Shown here: one piece after another, positions 9,604 to 18,231 of the stretch
How the letters are laid out: every line of letters starts with the position of its first letter
Numbering within the stretch: position 1 is the first letter of the stretch
The notes under the pieces: generated by a model
Seen by the model: the letters and a program-made list of their open reading frames with translations, nothing else
Database searches by the model: none
What the model was told of the DNA's origin: nothing
Translations under genes and position numbers: made by a program
Assembly (NCBI GenBank): GCA_011046015.1
Contig: DSBO01000164.1
Span: forward strand, 1 to 40,478
DNA length: 40,478 bases
Source: Thioalkalivibrio sp.
GTDB lineage: Bacteria; Pseudomonadota; Gammaproteobacteria; SpSt-1174
Reading direction: 5' to 3'

Positions 9604-10122
9604 ATGACGATGGGTGGCGCTGACTCGCGGAAGCTGCTCGTCGGACGTATCTCGGGCGTCTTCGGCGTCCAGGGATGGGTGAAGGTCTATTCCGACACCG
9701 ATCCGCGAGACAACATCGTCCACTACCCGCGCTGGTATCTGAAGCGGGGCGGGGAGTGGCAGTCGGTCGAGGTGGAAGGCGGGCGCCTGCAGGGCAAGGC
9801 CGTGGTCGCCAAGCTCAAGGGCGTGGATGACCGTGATGCGGCGCTGCTGCTGCGCGGGGTCCAGATCGCCATCGACCGCGACGAACTCGACGAACTCGAG
9901 GCCGGCGAGTACTACTGGGACGACCTGATCGGCCTGCAGGTGGTCACGCTGGACGGGGTCGAGCTCGGCCGGGTCGAGCGACTGCTCGAGACCGGCGCCA
10001 ACGATGTCTTGGTCGTGGCGGGGGAGCGGGAACGCCTGATCCCCTACATCCGCGAGCAGGTGATCGCGGCGGTGGACCTGGACGCGGGCGAGATCCGCGT
10101 CGACTGGGACCCGGACTTCTAG
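9604..10122 (+). CDS. rimM: Ribosome maturation factor RimM
   Basis: [17 protein letters not shown]..., PRC-barrel C-terminus. Lies between rpsP and trmD. Confidence 0.9.
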   Translation: MTMGGADSRKLLVGRISGVFGVQGWVKVYSDTDPRDNIVHYPRWYLKRGGEWQSVEVEGGRLQGKAVVAKLKGVDDRDAALLLRGVQIAIDRDELDELEAGEYYWDDLIGLQVVTLDGVELGRVERLLETGANDVLVVAGERERLIPYIREQVIAAVDLDAGEIRVDWDPDF

Positions 10123-10124
10123 CC

Positions 10125-10874
10125 ATGCGCATCGACGTGGTGACGATCTTCCCGGGGCTGGTCGAGGTCGTCGGCCAGGTCGGGGTGACCGGGCGTGCCG
10201 TGGACCGCGGTCTGCTGCGGCTCGCGACCTGGGACCCGCGTGACTACACGCAGGACCGTCACCGCACGGTGGACGACCGCCCTTACGGCGGCGGCCCCGG
10301 CATGGTGATGAAGGTGGACCCGCTGCGCGCCGCGATTCGCGATGCGCGCGCGGCGGGGGATGGCTCCGCCCGGGTGATCTACCTGAGTCCGCAGGGCCGC
10401 CGCCTGGATCAGGCGGCGGTGCGTGCGATGGCCGAGGCCGAACACCTGGTGCTGATCGCCGGGCGGTACGAGGGCATCGACGAACGCCTCGTCGAGGCCG
10501 AGATCGACGAGGAATGGTCGATCGGCGATTACGTGCTGAGCGGCGGCGAGCTGCCGGCGATGGTGCTGATCGATGCCGTGGCGCGCTTGCTGCCCGGCGC
10601 GCTGGGCGACGAGGAGTCGGCCCAGCAGGATTCATTCATGGCGGGTCTGCTCGATCACCCGCACTACACGCGCCCCGAGGAGATCGACGGGCGACGGGTA
10701 CCGGCAGTCTTGCTGGGCGGCAATCATGCCGAAATCGAGCGCTGGCGGCGCAAGCAGGCGCTGGGTCGCACCTGGCTGCGTCGTCCCGAGTTGCTGGAAT
10801 CCATGGATCTCAGTGACACGGACCGGCGACTGCTGGACGAGTACATACACGAGCACGCTGATAGATCAGAGTGA
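10125..10874 (+). CDS. trmD: tRNA (guanine37-N1)-methyltransferase TrmD
   Basis: [11 protein letters not shown]..., [24 protein letters not shown]. 249 aa. Confidence 0.95.
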   Translation: MRIDVVTIFPGLVEVVGQVGVTGRAVDRGLLRLATWDPRDYTQDRHRTVDDRPYGGGPGMVMKVDPLRAAIRDARAAGDGSARVIYLSPQGRRLDQAAVRAMAEAEHLVLIAGRYEGIDERLVEAEIDEEWSIGDYVLSGGELPAMVLIDAVARLLPGALGDEESAQQDSFMAGLLDHPHYTRPEEIDGRRVPAVLLGGNHAEIERWRRKQALGRTWLRRPELLESMDLSDTDRRLLDEYIHEHADRSE

Positions 10875-10904
10875 CAGAATCAGGAATCTTTAGGGGTTGG
10901 TGCC

Positions 10905-11249
10905 ATGAGCAACATCATCGAGCAGCTTGAGCAGGAACAGATGACCCGGGAAATCCCGGCCTTTGGCCCGGGTGACACCGTGGTCGTGCAGGTGAAGGTC
11001 AAGGAAGGCGATCGCGAGCGTATGCAGGCGTTCGAGGGTGTCGTGATTGCCAAGCGCAACCGCGGCCTGAACTCCTCCTTCACCGTGCGCAAGATCTCCA
11101 ACGGCGAAGGCGTGGAGCGCGTGTTCCAGACCTACAGCCCGGTGGTCGGCGACATCAAGGTCAAGCGCCGTGGTGCCGTGCGCCGCGCCAAGCTCTACTA
11201 CCTGCGCGAGCGCAGCGGCAAGTCCGCCCGCATCAAGGAAAAAATCTAA
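10905..11249 (+). CDS. rplS: 50S ribosomal protein L19
   Basis: [13 protein letters not shown]...[16 protein letters not shown]...RRAKLYYLR. 114 aa. Confidence 0.95.
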   Translation: MSNIIEQLEQEQMTREIPAFGPGDTVVVQVKVKEGDRERMQAFEGVVIAKRNRGLNSSFTVRKISNGEGVERVFQTYSPVVGDIKVKRRGAVRRAKLYYLRERSGKSARIKEKI

Positions 11250-11289
11250 GCCATCCGGCCAGCACCCCTCGGGGTGGTCGGGTACCAAC

Positions 11290-11322
11290 GGGCGCCCCGG
11301 GAGACCGGGGCGCCCGTTCGCG
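11290..11322 (+). terminator. Hairpin GGGCGCCCCGG-GAGA-CCGGGGCGCCC after rplS (11-bp perfect stem, weak U-tract)
   Basis: Read directly. Lies 40 nt after the rplS stop. Followed by GTTCGCGTCT. Confidence 0.45.
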
Positions 11323-11445
11323 TCTGGGGCGGGTTCGTGCATGGCGGTCTCGGGGTGGCGTACCGACGCCTGTCCCCCCGCACGCCCGTACCCTCAAAGC
11401 CCAAAGAACCGGCACTTCGTCTAGTCTTGTCTTGCACCGCCCGGC

Positions 11446-11451
11446 TACAAT
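11446..11451 (+). promoter_or_regulatory. Possible -10 element TACAAT upstream of the secreted repeat-protein gene
   Basis: CTACAAT read at 11445-11451. No good -35 element. If used, it favours ATG 11482 rather than 11458 as the start. Confidence 0.25.
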
Positions 11452-11481
11452 GCCGTCATGATCATGCCGCCTGAAACCGCC

Positions 11482-13227
11482 ATGAAGCGCCTTGCCCTCG
11501 TGTTCCTGCTGCTGTGCCTGAGCACGGCGGTGCAGGCGCAGCGCACGCCGCAGGAGATGACCGACATGGCGCGGGCCGGAGCGCCCGGGCTGGCGCTGTC
11601 CATGATGGACCGCCTGCAGCCGGATCGTGAGCGCCAGCAGTCGTCCTGGCTGGGCTGGGAGCGTGCGCGGCTGGAGATCCTGGAGGGAAGCGAGCGTTGG
11701 TCCGAGGTGGTGGATCGCGTCACGACCTACCCGACCGATCTGCCGCCGGAGTTCCTGGCCTGGGCCCAGACACGCCGCGCGGTGGCCGAGCTGGGCCTGG
11801 GGCGGGGCGAGGCGGCGCGCGAGGTCCTGCGCGACCTGATCTGGCAGGTGGTGCCCAGGCCGGAGCCGGCGGCGTTTCGCTACTGGCGTCGACTGGTGAT
11901 CGAGTCCTATGTGGTCGACGGTCGCCTGCGCGATGCCCATGCCGCCCTGCGACGCTATACCCAGGATTACGGTGAGCCCGGAGAGGAAGAGCGCATCCTG
12001 TGGGCGCGGGTGCTGCTGCGCGCTGGCGAGTCGACCCAGGCCATGCAGGTGCTCGACGGCGATACCCGCCCGGAGGCCCGTGCGCTGACGCTGCTCGGCG
12101 CCCTGGCCGCCCCCGCCGCCGACGCCGATGCCCTGCGTCAGAAGGCACAGGCGGCAGCAGGCGAGCCGGGACTGCGTGCGGCCGACCGTGCGCGCTTCTG
12201 GCTGGTGGCTGCCCGGGCCGCCGAACGGCAACAGGATGACATCCGCCGCGCCTGGTACCTGGAGCGGGCGCTGCGGCACGACCGCCAGCTGGGGGCGCGC
12301 GATGCCGTGTTCGCCTTCAGCGGTGACGCCCTCTGGGACAGCTACTTGCGCATCGGCCGCTCGCAGGGCAATCAGCGCCAGTTGCTGATCGGCGACGACG
12401 CTGCCTGGCTGGCCGCGGCGGCCGAGCTCGATGACAAGGCGGTACTGCAGCGCCGCGCCTATTTCGCCGTGGTGGCCCTGCAGGGGGCGGGCGTGCGCGG
12501 CCGCGACCAGGCCCATGCCGGGCTGATCCGTTCGCATCTGGCGGCCGATGGCGGAGACGAGGTGATTGCCGCCCTGTACCTGCAGGCGGCACGTTTTGCC
12601 GATTCCTCCGCGCTGCCCGGGGACGCCCGGCAGGTGTTGTCCGATTACGCCCTGGCCCGGGGTGACGTGCGGCTGGCCTCCTCGCTGATGGAAGGGGCGG
12701 TGCGGCCGCCCGCCGACGCGGATCCGTACCTGTGGCAGCTGCGCCGTGCCCGCATTCATATCCTCGGGGGCCACGAGGAGCAGGGCATCGATACGCTGTA
12801 CACCGTGCTCGCCCAGCACACCCATCTTGACAAGGACCAGGCCGACCGCTTCATGCAGGTCCTGTTCGACCTGCAGACGGCCCAGCGCCACGGGGCGGTG
12901 ATCACGCTGTTCACGGGGCTCGCGCCGCGCATCAGCGATCGCCAGCAGCAGCGCGAGGTGCTGTTCTGGCAGGCCGACTCGTACAAGGCGCAGGGCGATT
13001 TCGAGCGTGCCGCGTGGCTGTACCTGCGCTCGGCGGTGCTGCACGATCCGCATGCCTTCGATCCCTGGGCGCAGACCAGCCGCTTCTACGCGGCCGAGGC
13101 GCTGGCCGAGGCTGGCCACGTGGCGGATGCGCGTCGCCTCTACCAGCAGCTCCTGCAGGCGACCGGCGAGCCTGAACGCCAAGTGGTGCTGCGCCAGAAG
13201 CTCCAGGCCCTGCGCCTGCGGGAGTAG
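11482..13227 (+). CDS. Secreted all-helical (TPR-like) repeat protein, function unknown
   Basis: Signal peptide MKRLALVFLLLCLSTAVQAQ. About 580 aa rich in A/L/R/E with repeated helix-turn patterns. Very high GC3 in this frame, whereas the 751-aa antisense ORF looks like junk. The ORF track begins at 11458. Confidence 0.6.
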   Translation: MKRLALVFLLLCLSTAVQAQRTPQEMTDMARAGAPGLALSMMDRLQPDRERQQSSWLGWERARLEILEGSERWSEVVDRVTTYPTDLPPEFLAWAQTRRAVAELGLGRGEAAREVLRDLIWQVVPRPEPAAFRYWRRLVIESYVVDGRLRDAHAALRRYTQDYGEPGEEERILWARVLLRAGESTQAMQVLDGDTRPEARALTLLGALAAPAADADALRQKAQAAAGEPGLRAADRARFWLVAARAAERQQDDIRRAWYLERALRHDRQLGARDAVFAFSGDALWDSYLRIGRSQGNQRQLLIGDDAAWLAAAAELDDKAVLQRRAYFAVVALQGAGVRGRDQAHAGLIRSHLAADGGDEVIAALYLQAARFADSSALPGDARQVLSDYALARGDVRLASSLMEGAVRPPADADPYLWQLRRARIHILGGHEEQGIDTLYTVLAQHTHLDKDQADRFMQVLFDLQTAQRHGAVITLFTGLAPRISDRQQQREVLFWQADSYKAQGDFERAAWLYLRSAVLHDPHAFDPWAQTSRFYAAEALAEAGHVADARRLYQQLLQATGEPERQVVLRQKLQALRLRE

Positions 13228-13231
13228 CGCC

Positions 13232-13720
13232 GTGACCGCCACCGCCTGGCAGGCCGTCATTGACTCGCCGTTCGGCCGGCTCGCCATCCGGATCCGGGAG
13301 GACCGGGTGGCGGGAATCGACTGGGTGGGGGCGGACACGCCGCTCGAGCCGCCGGTCGATCCGGTTGCGCGCGAGGCGGTGGCGCAGCTGCGGGCCTGGT
13401 GCGCAGATCCCGCGTTTCGCTTCGACCTGCCGCTGGCACCGGCAGCCACGCCGTTCCAGGCGCGGGTGCGTGTGGCATTGTGCGCCATTCCCCCCGGCGA
13501 GATGCGCAGCTACGGCGATCTGGCCCGGGCGCTCGGCAGCAGCGCGCGGGCCGTGGGCGGGGCCTGCCGGCGCAATCCCGTGCCGCTGGTCGTGCCCTGC
13601 CACCGGGTGGTGGCGCGTCACGGTCTCGGCGGCTTCGGCGGCGCGGTGGAGGGTGAGCCCCTCGCCCTCAAGCAGCGGCTGCTCGATCACGAGCGGGCGG
13701 CGGGCGTGCCGACGCGCTGA
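13232..13720 (+). CDS. ogt: Methylated-DNA--protein-cysteine methyltransferase (Ogt/MGMT)
   Basis: Active-site PCHRVV, helix-turn-helix YGDLARALGSSARAVGGACRRNP. GTG start at 13232, 4 nt after the preceding stop. The upstream part of ORF 13007..13720 overlaps the previous gene out of frame. Confidence 0.85.
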   Translation: MTATAWQAVIDSPFGRLAIRIREDRVAGIDWVGADTPLEPPVDPVAREAVAQLRAWCADPAFRFDLPLAPAATPFQARVRVALCAIPPGEMRSYGDLARALGSSARAVGGACRRNPVPLVVPCHRVVARHGLGGFGGAVEGEPLALKQRLLDHERAAGVPTR

Positions 13721-13734
13721 GGCTACCCGCGTCT

Positions 13735-13763
13735 TTGACTTGCCCGCGCGGGCCTTGCAGAAT
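13735..13763 (+). promoter_or_regulatory. Putative promoter TTGACT-N17-CAGAAT upstream of the Sel1-repeat gene
   Basis: Hexamers at 13735-13740 and 13758-13763, read directly. Confidence 0.4.
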
Positions 13764-13806
13764 CGCGCCGGTCCCTTGACCCCTATCCATCGCCAACGAT
13801 TCCGAC

Positions 13807-14454
13807 ATGACCGACTTCAATACCGCTCTCGACGCCTGGCTTGCCGGTGACCGTGAACACGCCGTCCGCCTCTGGCAGGCGCTCGCCAATGCCGGCGATG
13901 CGCGTTCCCAGTACAACCTGGGCGTGATCCTCGACAGTGGTGAGGGCGTGGCCCGCGACCCGGCGCTGGCGGTGCACTACTACCGCCAGGCCGCCGAGCA
14001 GGGCTTCCCCGATGCCGCCTTCAACCTGGCCGTGATGCTGGATACGGGGGAGGCGGGCGAGGGCGGCCCGAACGAGGTCGCCCACTGGTTCTGGATGGCT
14101 GCGGAGCAGGGCAATGCGCAGGCGGCCTTCAAGCTGGGCCTGATGTACGACACCGGGGAGGGGCTGCCACAGGACTACGAGCAGGCCGCACGCTGGTACC
14201 ACCGAGCGGCCGAGGCCGGGCACGCCGAGGCGGCGAATAACCTGGCACGCTGTTTTGCACTGGGTAACGGCGTGGAGCGCAGCGACATCGAGGCCTACAA
14301 GTGGTACAACATCGCCGCCGAGCTGGGGCTGGTGAATGCCGTGCGCTACCGCGAGCGGGTGGCGAAGGAATTGCAGCCGGACGAGCGCCTGCGCGCCGGC
14401 GAATTCTCCCAGGCCTGGCTCCGGGCCTTCCGCGCGCGACAGCCGCGGGAGTGA
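13807..14454 (+). CDS. Sel1-like repeat (SLR/TPR family) protein with no obvious signal peptide
   Basis: Tandem roughly 36-aa units with the SLR signature (A..NLG.....G.GV..D...A..WY..AAEQG). 215 aa. Confidence 0.8.
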   Translation: MTDFNTALDAWLAGDREHAVRLWQALANAGDARSQYNLGVILDSGEGVARDPALAVHYYRQAAEQGFPDAAFNLAVMLDTGEAGEGGPNEVAHWFWMAAEQGNAQAAFKLGLMYDTGEGLPQDYEQAARWYHRAAEAGHAEAANNLARCFALGNGVERSDIEAYKWYNIAAELGLVNAVRYRERVAKELQPDERLRAGEFSQAWLRAFRARQPRE

Positions 14455-14467
14455 TCCGGCGGGCCGC

Positions 14468-15541
14468 TCAGCCTTCCAGCAGGGCCAGCACGCGGGCACG
14501 GGCGCCGACCTGCTCGCCCAGCCATTCCCGGGCGCTCGCGCCCAGCACCGCGGCCTCCTCGGGCGCATCGAACAGCGCCATGGCTCGCGCGGCCAGTGTG
14601 TCGACGTCCTCGGCGGCGGCCACCATCCCGGCGGCCACGGCCGCACGCACCAGCGGGTCGTCGCGCCGTGGCCCGACCAGCAGCGCGCGGCCGGACTGCA
14701 GGGCCGTGGCGAGGTCCGGGGCATGGTCGGCCTCCGCCGACAGGGTCGCGCCGGCCACGATCAGGTCCGGGCAGACATACAGCCCCTGGCGTACCTCGGC
14801 ACTCTCGATGAAATACACGCGGTTCTTGCGTGGCACATAGGAGGTGTACAGGCGCGAGTGGCGGATGGTGGGCATGCTGTACTTGATGGCGTCGTGATAG
14901 ACCCGCTCGTGCTGGGCGGGATCGGCCAGCGAGAAGAGCATGATGGCCGTCTTCTTGAGCAGGATCTCGAACAGCATGCCGTAGGCGCCGGTCACCTCGG
15001 CGGCACCTGCCATGGCCACGTAGAACACCGGGTGCTGGCGCTCGCGATATTCCTTGAAGCGTTCGCACAGGGTCGGGTCGAAGTCGGCATCGGGCAGGGC
15101 GTCGAGGCCGGGCAACGGGTCGCCGGTTGGCCGGGCGCCCGGAATGGCCGTGGCCCGCGCCCGCCCGCTGGTGGTGACGGCGCGACAGCCCGTGCCGGCG
15201 GCCTCGGGGCTTTCGGCGTTGAGCCAGAACTTGTCACCGCCGGCCTCGCGTACCAGGTCGTAGCGCCCATCCGCTTCGCCCAGCACGATCAGGCGGGCGG
15301 GGCGCAGCTTCTTCAGGCGCTTGCGGTCGGCCCCATGGGCCGCGGGCAGATCGACGCCGGCAAATCGCCCGTGGTATTCGCCCGGGCCCAGGTTGCCCAC
15401 GCCGACGGTGCCGAACCGCTCGGCCAGGGCGCCCAGGAAGCCATCGGCGCTGTGCAGGGTGTCGGTGTCGGCGATCACGAGTGTCGCGCCGACCAGCTCG
15501 CGCGGAATGCGTCCGGCGGTCAGGAAGTCGGTCAGTGCCAT
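14468..15541 (-). CDS. Divergent KdtA/WaaA-like (GT30-like) protein lacking an N-terminal membrane anchor; function uncertain
   Basis: Start taken at ATG 15541 (MALTDFLTAG...). The upstream 143 codons of ORF 14468..15970 run antisense through the neighbouring lipoprotein gene. By my recollection of Kdo transferases it shows a weak global resemblance, e.g. LIVLGEADGRYDLV...FWLNAES and C-terminal ...AAGMVAAAEDVDTLAARAMALFDAPEEAAVLG.... SD GAGGAG lies upstream. Confidence 0.55.
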   Translation of the reverse strand: MALTDFLTAGRIPRELVGATLVIADTDTLHSADGFLGALAERFGTVGVGNLGPGEYHGRFAGVDLPAAHGADRKRLKKLRPARLIVLGEADGRYDLVREAGGDKFWLNAESPEAAGTGCRAVTTSGRARATAIPGARPTGDPLPGLDALPDADFDPTLCERFKEYRERQHPVFYVAMAGAAEVTGAYGMLFEILLKKTAIMLFSLADPAQHERVYHDAIKYSMPTIRHSRLYTSYVPRKNRVYFIESAEVRQGLYVCPDLIVAGATLSAEADHAPDLATALQSGRALLVGPRRDDPLVRAAVAAGMVAAAEDVDTLAARAMALFDAPEEAAVLGASAREWLGEQVGARARVLALLEG

Positions 15542-15571
15542 GCGTCTTGGGTCTCCTCGTTGCGCCGGCGG

Positions 15572-15599
15572 ATTATACCGGGACCGAACGGGTAGCCAA
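15572..15599 (-). promoter_or_regulatory. Putative promoter TTGGCT-N16-TATAAT (minus strand) for the KdtA-like gene
   Basis: Reverse complement of 15594-15599 and 15572-15577, about 30 nt upstream of ATG 15541. Confidence 0.4.
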
Positions 15600-15616
15600 A
15601 CCCGAGGCCGCCGTGA

Positions 15617-15625
15617 TGGTATGAT
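15617..15625 (+). promoter_or_regulatory. Extended -10 element TGGTATGAT upstream of the lipoprotein gene
   Basis: TGnTATGAT read at 15617-15625, with GGAG Shine-Dalgarno before ATG 15662. Confidence 0.4.
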
Positions 15626-15661
15626 CTGGCCACCTGATTTCACGAGTTCGGAGTTCAAGAC

Positions 15662-16306
15662 ATGAAAGGCGCGCTGCTGGCGTTGGCCCTGATCCTCGCC
15701 CTCGCGGGCTGTGACGACCCGCGCACCATCGACGTGGCGGATCTGCCCTGGGCGGTCGAGGCCCTGCCGGACGGTAGTTCGCGGGTTTTCGGGGTGACGC
15801 TGGGCGAGTCGACGCTGCGGACCGTCGCCCAGACCTTCCGCTCCATGCCGGAGATCGCAATGTTCCACGAGGCGGACGGCACGCTCTACCTGGAGGCCTA
15901 CTTCGGTCGCATCACGCTGGGCGTGCTCGAGGCCCGCGTGGTCGCGCAGGTGGTCATCGACGACGAGCACCTGGCGGCCATGGCGGCGCGTGCGCCGAGC
16001 AATGAGCCCATGCCCAGCGGCGCGCGCAAGCTCGGCCTGACCGAGGCCGACATCCGGGCGGTGTATGACCTGCCGGTGCGGGCCCTCACCTACATTCCCA
16101 CCGCCCAGTACGATGCCCAGATCGTTGAGCAGCGTTTCGGCACGCCGGCCGAGATCCTGCCACTGAATACCACCCAGTCGTACTGGCTGTACCCCGACAA
16201 GGGGCTGGCGCTGCTGCTGGGTGAGGACGAGCGTGAGGTGCTGGAATACGTGCCCCCGCGTGAGTTCCCGGCGCTGCGGGCGCGCCTCGAGCGGACCGTG
16301 GAGTAG
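15662..16306 (+). CDS. Lipoprotein of unknown function
   Basis: Lipobox MKGALLALALILALAGC. High GC3. 214 aa. Confidence 0.75.
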   Translation: MKGALLALALILALAGCDDPRTIDVADLPWAVEALPDGSSRVFGVTLGESTLRTVAQTFRSMPEIAMFHEADGTLYLEAYFGRITLGVLEARVVAQVVIDDEHLAAMAARAPSNEPMPSGARKLGLTEADIRAVYDLPVRALTYIPTAQYDAQIVEQRFGTPAEILPLNTTQSYWLYPDKGLALLLGEDEREVLEYVPPREFPALRARLERTVE

Positions 16307-16315
16307 GGCCCGGAC

Positions 16316-16762
16316 ATGTCCCGACCCTTCTGGCAGGAAAAGACGCTGGCCCAGATGACGCGCGCGGAGTGGGAGTCGCTGTGCGACGGCTGTGCACGTT
16401 GCTGCCTACACAAGCTGCAGGACAGCGGTTCGGACGACGCGCGCGTCTATTACACCGATGTCGCCTGCCGCCTGCTGGACCCCGAGTCCTGCCGCTGCAG
16501 CGACTACGCCCACCGGCTCGAGCGCGTGGATGACTGCATCGACCTCGCGCGCGAGGACTTCGACCAGTTCCAGTGGCTGCCCTCGACCTGCGCCTACCGG
16601 CTGCTGGCCCAGGGCGGCGACCTGCCCGTCTGGCACCCGCTGGTGACCGGCGATCCGCAGTCCGTGCACGCCGCGGGCCAGTCCGTGCGCGGTCGCGTGA
16701 TCTGCGAGATCGAGGTGGCGGATGACGAGTTCGAGGACCACATCGTCGCCTGGGCCGAATGA
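16316..16762 (+). CDS. ycgN: YcgN family cysteine-cluster protein (UPF0260)
   Basis: [15 protein letters not shown]...[14 protein letters not shown]..., 148 aa, the typical length and motifs of YcgN. Confidence 0.85.
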   Translation: MSRPFWQEKTLAQMTRAEWESLCDGCARCCLHKLQDSGSDDARVYYTDVACRLLDPESCRCSDYAHRLERVDDCIDLAREDFDQFQWLPSTCAYRLLAQGGDLPVWHPLVTGDPQSVHAAGQSVRGRVICEIEVADDEFEDHIVAWAE

Positions 16763-16793
16763 CCAACGACAAGAACACGAACAAGGGAAACGG

Positions 16794-17818
16794 ATGACCG
16801 GACCGGCTGACACGCCCTTCGAACCCCTGGGCACCGCCCCCGAATCGGTGGCCATTGTCGGTGCGGGCATGGCGGGCCTGGCCTGTGCCACCTCGTTGGC
16901 GCTCGACATCCCCACGGTGCGGGTGTTCGAGCGTGCCATGCACGCCGGCGGGCGCATGGCCAGCTACCGCGCCCGCGGCTTCGAGTTCGACGCGGGCACC
17001 CAGTACTTTACCGCCCACGATGAGCTCTTTTGCGAGGCCCTGGAAGGCTGGCTGATGGAGGGCGTGGTGCAGCCCTGGCAGGGCTGGGTGGTGGAGGTGG
17101 ACCGGGGAAACTTCATGAGCCGCGACCACATGCCCCGCTACGTGGGCACCCCCAACATGGGTGCGCTGGCGCGTCATCTGGGCGAACTCTGCGAGGTGCG
17201 GGTGGGCACCGAGGTGATGCGGCTGGTCCCGGCGGAAGGCGGTCTGCGCCTGATCGATCGGATCGGTGAGGACCTGGGACGCTACGACCTGGTCGTGCTG
17301 GCGCTGCCGCCGGCGGCCGCGGCGCGTCTGGTCGAACCGCTCAGCCCCACGCTGGCGGCCCGGGTTGGCGGTGTACAGATGACTCTCTGCTGGACGGCCC
17401 TGCTGGGTTTCGACCAGCCGCTGGAGTTGCCCTATGACGCCGCCTACGTCGCCCGCTCGCCGCTCAACTGGATCGCCCGCAACAGTAGCAAGCCGCGCCG
17501 CGCCGAGCGTGAGGCCTGGGTCCTGCACGCCACGCCGGAGTGGACGGAGACGCGCCAGGACATGGAGCCGGAGGCGGTTATCCAGGCCCTGCTCAAGGCC
17601 TTCGAGGACGCCACCGGCCAGCGTCCGCCCAAGCCGCGCGTGCGCGCGGCCCGGTTCTGGAACGAGGCCATGCCGCTGGGCGGGCAGGACACGCCCTTCC
17701 TGTTCGATGCCGGCTCGCGGCTCGGGCTGTGCGGGGACTGGTGCATCTCGCCTCGCCTGGAAGGGGCCTTCCGTTCCGGCTGGTCGCTGGCCAACTTCGT
17801 GTTGGACGGGTGTGGCTG

Positions 17819-17819
<1 letters not shown>
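16794..17819 (+). CDS. FAD/NAD(P)-binding oxidoreductase, renalase-like (COG3380-type)
   Basis: Dinucleotide fold VAIVGAGMAGLACA, then GGRM.S.R....FD.G.QYFTA, SPLNWIARNSSKP, WVLHATPEW, CGDWC..PRLEGA. These match my recollection of bacterial renalase-like proteins. Start at internal ATG 16794. Confidence 0.7.
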
Positions 17820-18217
<398 letters not shown>

Positions 18218-18231
18218 GGATATTGGCGAAT

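Noticed and set aside
14455-14467. 13-bp gap between the convergent Sel1 and KdtA-like genes as a possible shared terminator
   Set aside because: The gap is too short, and I could draw no stable hairpin or T-tract there. It is probably just convergent read-through or Rho-dependent termination.
15542-15970. 143-codon N-terminal extension of the KdtA-like ORF (14468..15970)
   Set aside because: It overlaps the promoter region and the well-supported lipoprotein gene on the opposite strand. ATG 15541 has an SD and a promoter-like element upstream.
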